A stretch of DNA of 64,000 nt from Octopus sinensis (Eukaryota). The translations under genes and the position numbers were made by a program. The stretch lies in the NCBI RefSeq assembly GCF_006345805.1, contig NC_043010.1, positions 50,654,001 through 50,718,000 on the forward strand. The letters run 5' to 3'. Under the pieces are notes generated by a model. It worked only from the letters and a program-made list of their open reading frames with translations. It searched no databases and had not been told where the DNA came from. This document shows positions 63,907 to 64,000 of this stretch, one piece after another (position 1 is the first letter of the stretch; each line of letters starts with the position of its first letter).

Positions 63907-64000
63907 TTTTATATTATATAATATTATATATATATCATATACATATAGTATATATATATATATTATATATCATATATATATATATATTATATTATAATAT

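Overview
Eukaryotic (animal) genomic DNA, very AT-rich and repeat-dense. It is most likely from a coleoid cephalopod (octopus-like), inferred from the KRAB-less C2H2 zinc-finger genes, the tRNA-derived SINE families and the huge (TA/TG)n tracts. Host genes: two divergently oriented C2H2 zinc-finger genes, each with its CDS in one exon (5 fingers on minus at 8.6-9.2 kb; 12 fingers on plus at 26.8-27.8 kb), a decayed partial copy of the first, one U2 snRNA gene and one tRNA-Lys(UUU) gene. The rest is mobile DNA: four SINE families, Penelope-like (probably Naiad-type) retroelement fragments with hammerhead-ribozyme-like motifs, RTE LINE ends, a decayed mariner, several MITE families with clear TSDs, and Helitron pieces. 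The most striking structure is an 8.7-kb array (45782-54482) fused to a truncated Helitron Rep. In it, A/T-tract spacer DNA separates about 13 copies of a ~200-bp unit. The unit carries TAATATTAC (the geminivirus-type rolling-circle origin nonamer) just upstream of an ATG that opens a CRESS-DNA-virus-like Rep N-terminus (RFCFTLNNY, RCR motif I). This looks like a viral origin/Rep-start amplified into a satellite. All homology calls are made by eye from recalled motifs; no database search was run, and repeat boundaries are approximate unless a TSD is given.
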